Notes: a model not told the origin generated them from the letters alone. A stretch of DNA of 64,000 nt from Bacteroidota bacterium (GCA_014190575.1 BJGQ01000015.1:9-64008); one strand, 5' to 3'; shown: positions 48,357 through 57,173, numbered from the stretch's first letter. Made by a program: numbers and translations.

Positions 48357-51300
48357 ATGTTTCTCAATTGCCACAGTTACTTCAGTTTAAAATATGGTGC
48401 ACTCAGCATTGAGCGGTTGCTCGGCGAGGCGAAAAAAAATAACATCCTTCGCATTGCACTCACCGACATCAACAATACATCAGGCGTGCTCGACTTTGTT
48501 CGCCTTGCACCGAAGTACAATGTTTCACCTGTAGTCGGAATTGATTTTCGCAACGGCGCACAACAACAATTCATCGGCATTGCAAAAAACAACGAAGGCT
48601 TTCGCGAACTGAATGAATTGCTCACGCATCATTTACAAACTGAAGAACCGATTCCGTCAGTAGCGACTGCTCCCCTCTCCTTGAGAGAGGGGCTAGGGGT
48701 GAGGTTTGTAGAGAAGAACAATTCTAATCACGCAAAACCCATCGCGTCTGTTTCTATTGAGAATATTGAAGAGCAATCCATCGCGACTGCTCCCCTCTCA
48801 AAAAATCTCCTTGACAAATTCCCTTCTCTTTTGGAGAAGGTGTCGAAGGCGGATGAGGCTGGAGAGGGGATGGGGGTGAGGCTTACGAGTCAAAATGTAT
48901 TTATCATTTATCCATTCGGGAAGCAACCACCCATACTAAACGGAAATGAATTCATCGGCATTCGCCCTGCCGACATTAATAAACTGCTTTTCTCCAAATT
49001 AAAAAATCAACCGGAGAAATTAGTGGCGCTGTGTACGGTAACATTCAGTACTAAAATTGATTTTAACATTCACCGGTTGTTGCGCGCTGTTGCCAATAAT
49101 ACTTTGCTCAGTAAATTATCTAAAACAGAAACTGCTGATGAAACCGAAATGATGATGACTGAAACGGAAGCGCAAAAAATTTTCGCACTGTTTCCTTTTC
49201 TCATTTATAATGCAAATAAATTATTGGCGCAGTGCAGCATTGATTTTGATTTCGGAAAAAGCAAGAACAAAAAACAGTTTACAGGGAGTGTGGAAAGTGA
49301 CATGCAGCAGTTGCGCAAACTCAGTTACGATGCGCTCAAGTATCGGTATGAAATGGTAGATGAAAAAATTCTGGAGCGATTGGAAAAAGAACTACGCATG
49401 ATACACGAAGGAAATTTCGCTTCGTACTTTCTCATCAATCACGACATTGTATCGTTTGCGCAACGGAAGAATTTTTTTTACATCGGTCGTGGCAGCGGTG
49501 CTAACAGCATGGTGGCTTACCTGTTGCGTATTACCGATGTTGACCCCATTGATTTGGATTTGTATTTCGAGCGGTTCATCAATCCATCGCGCACCAGTCC
49601 GCCCGATTTCGATTTGGATTTCAGCTGGAAAGACCGCGACGAGGTGATTGCATTTATTCTGAACAAGTACGGAAAAAATTATTGCGCCAGCATGCTCGCC
49701 ACCTACAGCGAGTTCAAAGCCAACGCGGTGATTCGTGAGTTGGGGAAAGTTTTTGGTTTGCCGAAAAACGAAATTGATTCGCTCGCCGATAATTTTAAAC
49801 GAAGTGAACCAACACACGAAATCGGAAAATTAATTTATCGTTATGTCGAGCGCTTGTATGGTTTTCCCGCGCACCTTGGCATTCACGCAGGCGGAATTCT
49901 GATTTCAGAAAAACCACTGACTTATTACACAGCACTCAGCAATCCGCCAAAAGGTTTTCCGGTTTCGCAATTCAGTATGATTGAAGCAGAAGATGTGGGG
50001 CTTTATAAATTCGATATTCTCTCACAACGCGGACTCGGCCACATAAAAGACACAGTAGAAATTGTAAAACAAAACCGCAACATTGAAATTGACATTCACG
50101 ACATAAAAAAATTTAAGCAGGACGAAAACATGAAAGCCAACCTGCGCGATGCGCGGTGCATGGGTTGCTTTTACATTGAGAGTCCTGCGATGCGCATGCT
50201 GCTGAAAAAATTAGAAGTAGATAATTATTTGTCACTCGTTGCGGCAAGTTCCATCATTCGCCCGGGCGTGGCGAGTTCGGGTATGATGCGCGAGTACATT
50301 GTTCGCCATCACGATGCTTCGCAGCGCACATACATTCATCCGTTCATGCAGGAACTGATGGCGGAGACTTACGGCATCATGGTGTATCAGGAAGATGTGA
50401 TAAAAGTGGCGCACTACTTTGCGGGGCTCACACTCACCGAAGCCGATATGCTGCGGCGCGGCATGTCGGGAAAATTTCGTGGCCGCGAAGAGTTTGATAA
50501 AGTGAAAGAAAAATTTTTTGCCAACTGTGATGCGAAAGGTTACGAACGAAAAATTACAGCAGAAGTGTGGCGGCAGATTGAAAGCTTTGCCGGCTATGCT
50601 TTTTCAAAAGGGCACTCGGCATCGTATGCGGTGGAGAGTTACCAGAGTTTGTTTTTGAAAACATATTATCCGAAAGAATTTATGGTGGGCGTGATAAATA
50701 ATTTCGGTGGATTTTATCACACTGAATTTTATGTGCACGAAGCGCGCATGAGTGGCGCCAACATTCACGCACCCGATATTAACCGAAGCAATCACCTCAC
50801 CACAATTACCGGCGATGATATTTTTCTCGGCTTCATTCACCTGGCCGAAATGGAAGCAACCACTTCGCAGCGAATAGAAGCTGAACGAAAATTGCACGGC
50901 ACATTTTTCAGTTTGGAAGATTTTTGTAATCGTGTAAAATGCACGCTCGACCAGTTGCGCATACTCGTGCGCATTGGTGCATTTCGTTTCACCGGTCGCA
51001 GCAAAAAACAATTGTTGTGGGATATTCATACCGTGCTCGGAAATGAAAAACACACCACACCGCATCCCGAACTTTTCGCCATGCCTCCAACCAATTTTAC
51101 TTTACCCGTTCTCTCACATCATCAACTCGATGATGCACTCGATGAAATTGAATTGCTCGGTTTTCCATTGTGTTCACCTTTTGATTTGTTGAAGGGCTTC
51201 GACACCGCTCAGCCTGACAACAACAATTTTTTATTGTCACACGATTTAAAAAATCACAATGGAAAAATTGTGGTAATGATTGGCTACCTCGTAACCACCA

Positions 51301-51566
51301 AGTACACACGAACAAAACGCGGCGATGAAATGCGCTTTGGCACCTGGCTCGATCGCGAGGGATTTTTTTTCGACACCACCCATTTTCCAAATGAAACAAA
51401 ATTTTTTCCGTTTCGCGGAAGAGGTTGCTACAGAATCACAGGAAGAGTGGCGGAAGAATTTGGATTTTACAGTCTCGAAGTTACAGCCATGCACAAATTG
51501 GATTTTATTACAAGAGAAGATTTGATGAAGCAACCTGATGAACAGCACACTTTGCAAGTCGCGTGA
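48357..51566 (+). CDS. dnaE: DNA polymerase III alpha subunit, probably the SOS/error-prone paralog, with a ~75-aa repeat-derived insertion
   Basis: HSYFS, TDINNTSG (PHP), GRGSGANS, FERF, PDFDLDF, HAGG, KFDILS, YQE, FAGYAFSKGHS, C-terminal OB fold; ATG 48357. Confidence 0.9.
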   Translation: MFLNCHSYFSLKYGALSIERLLGEAKKNNILRIALTDINNTSGVLDFVRLAPKYNVSPVVGIDFRNGAQQQFIGIAKNNEGFRELNELLTHHLQTEEPIPSVATAPLSLREGLGVRFVEKNNSNHAKPIASVSIENIEEQSIATAPLSKNLLDKFPSLLEKVSKADEAGEGMGVRLTSQNVFIIYPFGKQPPILNGNEFIGIRPADINKLLFSKLKNQPEKLVALCTVTFSTKIDFNIHRLLRAVANNTLLSKLSKTETADETEMMMTETEAQKIFALFPFLIYNANKLLAQCSIDFDFGKSKNKKQFTGSVESDMQQLRKLSYDALKYRYEMVDEKILERLEKELRMIHEGNFASYFLINHDIVSFAQRKNFFYIGRGSGANSMVAYLLRITDVDPIDLDLYFERFINPSRTSPPDFDLDFSWKDRDEVIAFILNKYGKNYCASMLATYSEFKANAVIRELGKVFGLPKNEIDSLADNFKRSEPTHEIGKLIYRYVERLYGFPAHLGIHAGGILISEKPLTYYTALSNPPKGFPVSQFSMIEAEDVGLYKFDILSQRGLGHIKDTVEIVKQNRNIEIDIHDIKKFKQDENMKANLRDARCMGCFYIESPAMRMLLKKLEVDNYLSLVAASSIIRPGVASSGMMREYIVRHHDASQRTYIHPFMQELMAETYGIMVYQEDVIKVAHYFAGLTLTEADMLRRGMSGKFRGREEFDKVKEKFFANCDAKGYERKITAEVWRQIESFAGYAFSKGHSASYAVESYQSLFLKTYYPKEFMVGVINNFGGFYHTEFYVHEARMSGANIHAPDINRSNHLTTITGDDIFLGFIHLAEMEATTSQRIEAERKLHGTFFSLEDFCNRVKCTLDQLRILVRIGAFRFTGRSKKQLLWDIHTVLGNEKHTTPHPELFAMPPTNFTLPVLSHHQLDDALDEIELLGFPLCSPFDLLKGFDTAQPDNNNFLLSHDLKNHNGKIVVMIGYLVTTKYTRTKRGDEMRFGTWLDREGFFFDTTHFPNETKFFPFRGRGCYRITGRVAEEFGFYSLEVTAMHKLDFITREDLMKQPDEQHTLQVA
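48663..48881 (+). repeat. cluster of palindromic CCCCTCTC..GAGAGGGG..GGGGTGAGG elements in frame within dnaE
   Basis: Copy 1 at 48663-48704. Copy 2 at 48783-48881 is interrupted by a related element CCCTTCTC-TTTTG-GAGAAGG..GGATGAGG (48821-48858). The 17-nt GCGACTGCTCCCCTCTC is repeated 120 nt apart. Confidence 0.8.
51195..51220 (-). repeat. short palindromic GTCA-type REP-like element in frame within dnaE
   Basis: minus strand TTGTCAGGCTGAGCGGTGTCGAAGCC; encodes GFDTAQPD on the plus strand. Confidence 0.65.
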
Positions 51567-51635
51567 ATAAATTTCATTTCACATGAATGCAACTAATCAT
51601 CAATGCAATTAATCTTGCATCAAACAAAAAAAATA

Positions 51636-52058
51636 ATGAAGAACATTTTAAAAACAGCATCGGCATTATTAATAATGATTGTGCTTTTTGCAGCATGCAG
51701 TAAAGAAAATAAAATCAGAAAAAATTTATCAGGCACATGGAAAGTAGTTTCAACTACCGATACAACAATCAGTGCAGCCATTGCAGCCGGAACAACCGTT
51801 CAATACCAGTTCAGCGATTGTAAAAAGAAAGATGAACCTTGTAACGGAGTTTACACTTTTACTTATAATCTTTTGGGATTTCCATTGTCAGTTTCTGCAC
51901 CTTATACATGGATAGTAAAAGAAGATGTTTTATCCATCACACCATCAGATTCACTTTTAACCGCCGGAAGTTTTCATATTGAATTTACTGATAAGAAAAA
52001 ATTAACAGCAACTGATGTAGCTAATGCGGCTAACATTACAACATTGGAAGAATTATAA
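51636..52058 (+). CDS. lipocalin-like lipoprotein
   Basis: lipobox FAAC, L.GTWK motif; ATG 51636 preferred. Confidence 0.72.
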   Translation: MKNILKTASALLIMIVLFAACSKENKIRKNLSGTWKVVSTTDTTISAAIAAGTTVQYQFSDCKKKDEPCNGVYTFTYNLLGFPLSVSAPYTWIVKEDVLSITPSDSLLTAGSFHIEFTDKKKLTATDVANAANITTLEEL

Positions 52059-52080
52059 AACTGATTTGATAATTATTGTT

Positions 52081-52115
52081 AAAGACTGATGTAATTATAA
52101 ATTATATCAGTCTTT
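52081..52115. terminator. bidirectional terminator
   Basis: AAAGACTGATGTAATT-ATA-AATTATATCAGTCTTT between convergent genes. Confidence 0.75.
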
Positions 52116-52116
52116 T

Positions 52117-52623
52117 TTATGCAAGCACTTCCATTTTCTTTTTACAACGCTGAATGGATTTTGAATAAGTATCTACATTCGCATCGTTTAGCGAATAACG
52201 AACAGCGTTTTTAAATTGCTCTATTGCTTTCAGGTAATCACCCTTCAGTTCAAACATTATCGCGTACTCATTGTACAAAGCAGCTTTATCAGTACCGGCA
52301 ACTTCTAACCCTTTCTTTATAAAATTTTCCAACTCGTCATACTTGCCAAGCGTTGAAAGAAGAATGGAGAGGTTGGTGTAAATAGCAGGATATTCAGGTG
52401 AGTAGGCATAACATTTTTTATAAAACTCTTCGGCTTTATTATAGTCTTTGAATTTGGTTTCATAAATCCATCCCATGTGATTGTAAGCTTTTCCATAAGT
52501 CGGGTCTTCCAGTAAAATAGCTTCGAGCGTGGTGAGTGCTTCACTTATTTTTCCCTGTGCGATTTGCCCATCTGCTTCAAAAAAAAGTTCGTCGTTTTGT
52601 AAACTGTTAATCGGGTCGCTCAT
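52117..52623 (-). CDS. TPR protein
   Basis: P.YGKAYNH.GW.Y, A...Y, P.Y..IY.N TPR pattern. Confidence 0.8.
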   Translation of the reverse strand: MSDPINSLQNDELFFEADGQIAQGKISEALTTLEAILLEDPTYGKAYNHMGWIYETKFKDYNKAEEFYKKCYAYSPEYPAIYTNLSILLSTLGKYDELENFIKKGLEVAGTDKAALYNEYAIMFELKGDYLKAIEQFKNAVRYSLNDANVDTYSKSIQRCKKKMEVLA

Positions 52624-52723
52624 GTTTTTTTAAGTTATTGTGATTGCAAATTAAATCAACGGTTTTTCCTTTTGTAATTTCTTTTGAAATTATTTTCTAT
52701 TTTTCTGAAAACAAATAGCAGCT

Positions 52724-53383
52724 ATGAAAACTATACTCATTACCGGAGCAGCGGGAAACTTAGGAACTGCAGTGGTAGAAAAATTTCTTTCACAAGAATA
52801 TAAAGTAATTGCAACGGCCCATCATGCAACTGAAATTCAGGCAAAAGAAAATCTGGAAATTGTTGAGTTGAATGTGTTAGATGAAAAAGCCTGTCGTGAT
52901 TTTGTAATTGAACTGATAAAAAAATATTCGCAGATTGATGCAGCTGCATTATTGGTTGGCGGATTTGCCATGGGGAAACTGGAAGAAACAAGTGATGAAA
53001 GTTTACAGAAAATGATTCAGATGAATTTTCTTTCTGCATTTCATATTGTTCAGCCACTCTTCTCGCACATGAAAGAAAATAAATCAGGAAAAATTATTCT
53101 GATGGGAGCAATGGGTGCATTGAATCCTGCTGCCGGAAAAAACATGATGGCATACAGTTTATCTAAATCATTATTGTTTCAGTTCAATGGTTTATTAAAT
53201 GCAGCCGGAAAAGAGTTGAATGTAAATTCATTGGTGATTGCACCATCAACTATTGACACACCTCAAAACAGAACCGCCATGCCCAATGCTGATTTCAGCA
53301 AGTGGAATAAACCAACCGACATTGCGCTAATGATGTTTGAGTTTTGTGAAGGAAAGATGAATGAAGAGGTGATTAAGCTTTAA
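52724..53383 (+). CDS. short-chain dehydrogenase/reductase
   Basis: TGAAGNLG, YSLSK (YxxxK), P.TIDTP.NR..MP. Confidence 0.9.
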   Translation: MKTILITGAAGNLGTAVVEKFLSQEYKVIATAHHATEIQAKENLEIVELNVLDEKACRDFVIELIKKYSQIDAAALLVGGFAMGKLEETSDESLQKMIQMNFLSAFHIVQPLFSHMKENKSGKIILMGAMGALNPAAGKNMMAYSLSKSLLFQFNGLLNAAGKELNVNSLVIAPSTIDTPQNRTAMPNADFSKWNKPTDIALMMFEFCEGKMNEEVIKL

Positions 53384-53395
53384 ATTTTATTTCAC

Positions 53396-54595
53396 TCAAT
53401 CATTTTTCTTCCCGTTAAAAGGATTAAAACTTCTGCGTGTCATTTCCACACCTGTGGCGCGTTTTACTTTATCGCTGCCGAACCGCTTCCGCATTTTATC
53501 CATTGCCTGATAGAGTTGAATCAGTTCCGAAGAATCTTCGAATAAATTAATCTGGTAACCGCCCGCCACTAAATGACTGAAGCGCACACCAATCAACCGG
53601 ATTAACATGCGGCGCTCATATAGTTTCTCAAACAATTCTTTCATGCGCGGAATCAGGTGATGGTCGCAGTTGGTGTAAGGCACGCGCAACTGCACCGTAT
53701 GTGTATCGAAATTGGAGTAGCGGAGTTTCACTGTTACACACGCAGTGAGTTTTTCTTCCTTGCGCAACTGGTAAGCGAGTTTCTCGGTCATGCTCACGAG
53801 TGTGGCTTTCAGAAAACTGATGTCGATGGTATCGCTGTCGAAAGTTTCTTCGGAGCTGATGCTCTTGCGTTCGTTGTAAGGTTCAACAGGTGAAGTATCA
53901 ATGCCGTTTGCTTTTTTCCAGATAGAAATTCCGTTGTCGCCGAGTACACGCTGTAACAGTTCGCGCGGCATTTGCTGCAGTGTTAAAACTTTTTGCACGC
54001 CCATGCTGTGCAGCAGGTGCGCAGTCTTCTCGCCAATCATAGGAATTTTTTCCACGCGCAGTGGAGCCAGAAAAGTTTTCTCGTTGCCGAAATCAATTTT
54101 TAGTTGTCCGTTGGGTTTCGCTTCGCCGGTGGCAACTTTACTTACCGTTTTGTTTTCAGATAAACCAAATGAAATGGGCAATCCCGTTTCGCTTGTAATT
54201 TTTTTGCGTAGTTCGGTTGCCCATTGATAGCAACCGAAAAATTTATCCATGCCGGTGAGGTCAATGTAAAATTCATCAATCGAACTCTTCTCATACAATG
54301 GCACACCATCGCGGATAATATCTGTTACCATTTCAGAATACTTGCTGTACAGCTCGTAATCGCCACGCAATACCACCGCTTCGGGACACAGCCGGCGCGC
54401 CAGTTTCATTGACATGGCGGAATGAATACCATACTTGCGCGCTTCGTAACTGCACGATGCCACCACGCCGCGGTCGCTGCTGCCGCCAATGAGTACGGGT
54501 TTATTTTTTAACTCCGGATGTTGCAGGCACGACACCGACACGAAGAACGAGTCGAGGTCCATGTGTACAATATTGCGCGAAGGAGTGAGGAGCAT
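53396..54595 (-). CDS. dinB: DNA polymerase IV (Y family)
   Basis: HMDLDSFFVSV, SCSYEARKYG, SIDEF, K.A....KPNG, IG.KT, RLIGV, Q.NLF clamp-binding motif. Confidence 0.95.
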   Translation of the reverse strand: MLLTPSRNIVHMDLDSFFVSVSCLQHPELKNKPVLIGGSSDRGVVASCSYEARKYGIHSAMSMKLARRLCPEAVVLRGDYELYSKYSEMVTDIIRDGVPLYEKSSIDEFYIDLTGMDKFFGCYQWATELRKKITSETGLPISFGLSENKTVSKVATGEAKPNGQLKIDFGNEKTFLAPLRVEKIPMIGEKTAHLLHSMGVQKVLTLQQMPRELLQRVLGDNGISIWKKANGIDTSPVEPYNERKSISSEETFDSDTIDISFLKATLVSMTEKLAYQLRKEEKLTACVTVKLRYSNFDTHTVQLRVPYTNCDHHLIPRMKELFEKLYERRMLIRLIGVRFSHLVAGGYQINLFEDSSELIQLYQAMDKMRKRFGSDKVKRATGVEMTRRSFNPFNGKKND

Positions 54596-54639
54596 GGTAG
54601 AAATTAATTTGCCGGAAACGATTTACTAATTATTTTTGG

Positions 54640-54673
54640 CTGTAATAAAAACAAATATAAGATTGTAATATAG
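54640..54673 (-). promoter_or_regulatory. dinB promoter/operator: two 9/11 matches to TTGTA-W-TACAA flanking the -7 element
   Basis: minus strand CTATATTACAA-tctTATATTTGt-TTTTATTACAG; same 23-bp spacing as the dnaE promoter. Confidence 0.7.
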
Positions 54674-54769
54674 ACAAAAGAAAAAAATGAAGAACTAAAA
54701 GTGAAAAGAAAAAAATTATAATGCACAACAAATAACTCTAAATCATAAATCTGAAACTATAACTGAAAA

Positions 54770-55567
54770 ATGCATTTCAACTCCAATATAAAATTTCTCC
54801 GCAATCGGAAAGGGTTAACCCAGGAAGCAGCAGCAGCCGAAATAAATCTCAGCCGCTCTACATTAAACAGTTATGAAAACGGTAGCGTGGTGAACCCGAC
54901 ACTCGAAGCATTGCAATTGTTTTCTGATTATTATAAAACATCTATTGATACACTCATTCGTGTTGACCTATCGAAACTTTCAGGAAGCAAACTGGACGAA
55001 ATGGAATCAGGTAACGACACTTTTATCCGTGGTTCGAAACTTCGTGTACTTGCAACCACTGTGGATGAAAAAAATAAAGAGAACATTGAAGTGGTTCATC
55101 TGAAAGCAGCGGCAGGATACAAGAATGGGTATGCTGACCCTGATTACATAAAAAAATTACCGTCGTTTCAATTACCGATTTTATTCAATGACAGAAAGTA
55201 TCGCATGTTTCAAATCAGTGGAGATTCCATGTTGCCAATCCCTGATAAGAGTTATGTGATTGCAGAGTATTTAGAAAACTGGTTCGAGATAAAAGATGGA
55301 AGCGCATACATTATTCTCACCCGTGATGAAGGAATTGTTTTTAAGATTGCCATCAATCAAATAAAAAAACGGAAACGGATGATTCTGCATTCACTCAATC
55401 AGTTTTACAAACCGTATGAAATTAATGTAACTGATGTACGAGAGGTGTGGAAGTTCTGCAACTTCATCAGCAGCGAAATTCCATATCCTGCTTCACGCGA
55501 TGAATTATTAAAATCCATTTCAGTTATTGAATACGAAGTGGGGGCGATGAAGCAACGATTGGGATAA
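54770..55567 (+). CDS. XRE-HTH + S24 peptidase repressor (non-canonical LexA-like)
   Basis: N-terminal HTH (LTQE..A....LSRSTL.SYENG), Ala-Gly cleavage site AAAGY, catalytic GDSM and VFK; divergent from dinB. Confidence 0.9.
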   Translation: MHFNSNIKFLRNRKGLTQEAAAAEINLSRSTLNSYENGSVVNPTLEALQLFSDYYKTSIDTLIRVDLSKLSGSKLDEMESGNDTFIRGSKLRVLATTVDEKNKENIEVVHLKAAAGYKNGYADPDYIKKLPSFQLPILFNDRKYRMFQISGDSMLPIPDKSYVIAEYLENWFEIKDGSAYIILTRDEGIVFKIAINQIKKRKRMILHSLNQFYKPYEINVTDVREVWKFCNFISSEIPYPASRDELLKSISVIEYEVGAMKQRLG

Positions 55568-55585
55568 GAAAAATTTATTGAAACT

Positions 55586-55810
55586 TTATAATCTGTAAAT
55601 ACTTTCCCGAAATCGTAAATCGAGAATCCACGATAGCAATAATGAATCTATTTCTTTCAATTGCTCCTGAAATTCTGTTTGATTAATGGAAAGTTCTAAA
55701 TCTTTTAGTGATTGAATTTGGGATGCAATATTTATTTCCTGTTCGAGAGCAACAAGCAATTGTTTAACCTGTACTCTCCATTTCCGTTCGGTTGTTGTTA
55801 GCTTTTTCAT
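55586..55810 (-). CDS. small hypothetical protein
   Basis: MKKLTTTERKW... 74-aa helical ORF preceded by an A-rich leader; no recognisable motif. Confidence 0.45.
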   Translation of the reverse strand: MKKLTTTERKWRVQVKQLLVALEQEINIASQIQSLKDLELSINQTEFQEQLKEIDSLLLSWILDLRFRESIYRL

Positions 55811-56049
55811 GATTTTCTTTTTTGCTAATACAGAAACGAAGAGAGTTGAATTCTTAGTATGAAGAATTCTTTGAATGAGAATAATAAACGAACAAACAAG
55901 GAAATTGTATTTCTGAAAAATCAAATTTTAATAATGAAATGAAATTAGTTGGAAGAGAAGTTGTAAATCGGTAAATAGTTTTCGCCTTAAATAAAATTGA
56001 TTCTTGTTTAGAAATATTAATATGGAGTATTGCAAAATGTTTTATTGCC

Positions 56050-56376
56050 ATGAATGAAAATTCAAATCTGGAATTAAAAGCTACAGAAGGCACCATTTCA
56101 ATTTCACCGAAATTGAAAATGACCAAGCGCATGGCTATAAATATTTGCGAACAGATTATTATGCAATGTGGAACTTTAAATAATTACAAAAGAGTATCAG
56201 CAAAAATGATTCAGTTTTCTTGCATGGTGAATCCGGTAAAAATCATGTTGTTCATTCGTGAGTTGGATAGAAATTTTATTATAAATGTCAATCACCTCAA
56301 TAGAAGTTTAGATGGGGATATTGAAAATGCACCGTACTATTTTAAATTGTTTCTGACCATTCCTGATAAAGAATAA
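56050..56376 (+). CDS. hypothetical protein
   Basis: 108-aa ATG ORF with no overlap of a recognised gene; no recognisable motif. Confidence 0.5.
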   Translation: MNENSNLELKATEGTISISPKLKMTKRMAINICEQIIMQCGTLNNYKRVSAKMIQFSCMVNPVKIMLFIRELDRNFIINVNHLNRSLDGDIENAPYYFKLFLTIPDKE

Positions 56377-56385
56377 AGGAATCAG

Positions 56386-56430
56386 CTCTCTATGTTTTTC
56401 TGTGTATTAATCTCCGTGCATTCTCCGTGC
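56386..56430. repeat. array of CTCYRTG-like units
   Basis: CTCTATG, TTCTGTG, CTCCGTG, CTCCGTG; resembles the right arm of the repeat at 46846-46939. Confidence 0.45.
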
Positions 56431-56499
56431 GAAATATTTTTAAAGTAAGCGTCACAATTCCATTACCATTACTATTGTCAAGAAATTATCTTTTCATCA

Positions 56500-57063
56500 G
56501 TGCAATTGAATCACAAAGTTTTAATTGACCATTTACGAATGGCGTATTCTGCAGAGAAGGCTGCGGCATTTGCTTATCAAGGTCATGCTGGTTCGGTAAA
56601 AGACAAAGAAGAAAAAAAAAGTATCCAGCAAATTGAACTGGATGAATGGAAACACCGTAGTGAAGTTTTGATGATGATGAAGCAATACAATATTCCCGTT
56701 TCAAAATTTTATGAAGTTCGATTTTACATCATCGGGAAAATAATTTCATACAGTTGTTATGTAATCGGATGGTTCATGCCATTTTATTTCGCCGGTAAAT
56801 TAGAGAGCGGTAATGTGTGCGAGTATTTCCGCATGATTCATTACTTCCACGAACTTGTAATAACCGAGCACGACCAACTACTTTATGAAATGGGTATAAA
56901 GGAAAAAGAACACGAAGTATATTTTCTGGAAAAAATTAAATCATGCAAACTGCTTCCGTACTTCGAAAAATATTTTTCGTGGGGCATTCAGAAAAGTGAT
57001 AACGATGTAAACCTCAATACGAAATTTCCGGTGGAAGAATCGGAGAAGTACTGCAAAAAATAA
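56500..57063 (+). CDS. ferritin-like di-iron protein (Coq7/DMQ hydroxylase-like fold)
   Basis: AYSAE.AA..AY.GH, DEWKH, LE, KEKEH give the E..EXXH..E..EXXH ligand pattern; GTG start. Confidence 0.7.
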   Translation: MQLNHKVLIDHLRMAYSAEKAAAFAYQGHAGSVKDKEEKKSIQQIELDEWKHRSEVLMMMKQYNIPVSKFYEVRFYIIGKIISYSCYVIGWFMPFYFAGKLESGNVCEYFRMIHYFHELVITEHDQLLYEMGIKEKEHEVYFLEKIKSCKLLPYFEKYFSWGIQKSDNDVNLNTKFPVEESEKYCKK

Positions 57064-57173
57064 AAGAAACAGGTAATTACAATTCCCCTCAAAACTAAGC
57101 AGCAGCAAACCCCTTTTTCCTCGTCCTTCGTCTTCACTCATTCACATGTGCTGAATTATTTTTCAACCGCCTA

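Noticed and set aside
48663..48890. Intein or intron in dnaE
   Set aside because: No Cys/Ser start with His-Asn end, too short for an intein, and made of recognisable palindromic repeats
54770..55567. Prophage CI repressor
   Set aside because: No phage genes nearby; its position divergent from dinB fits a chromosomal SOS regulator
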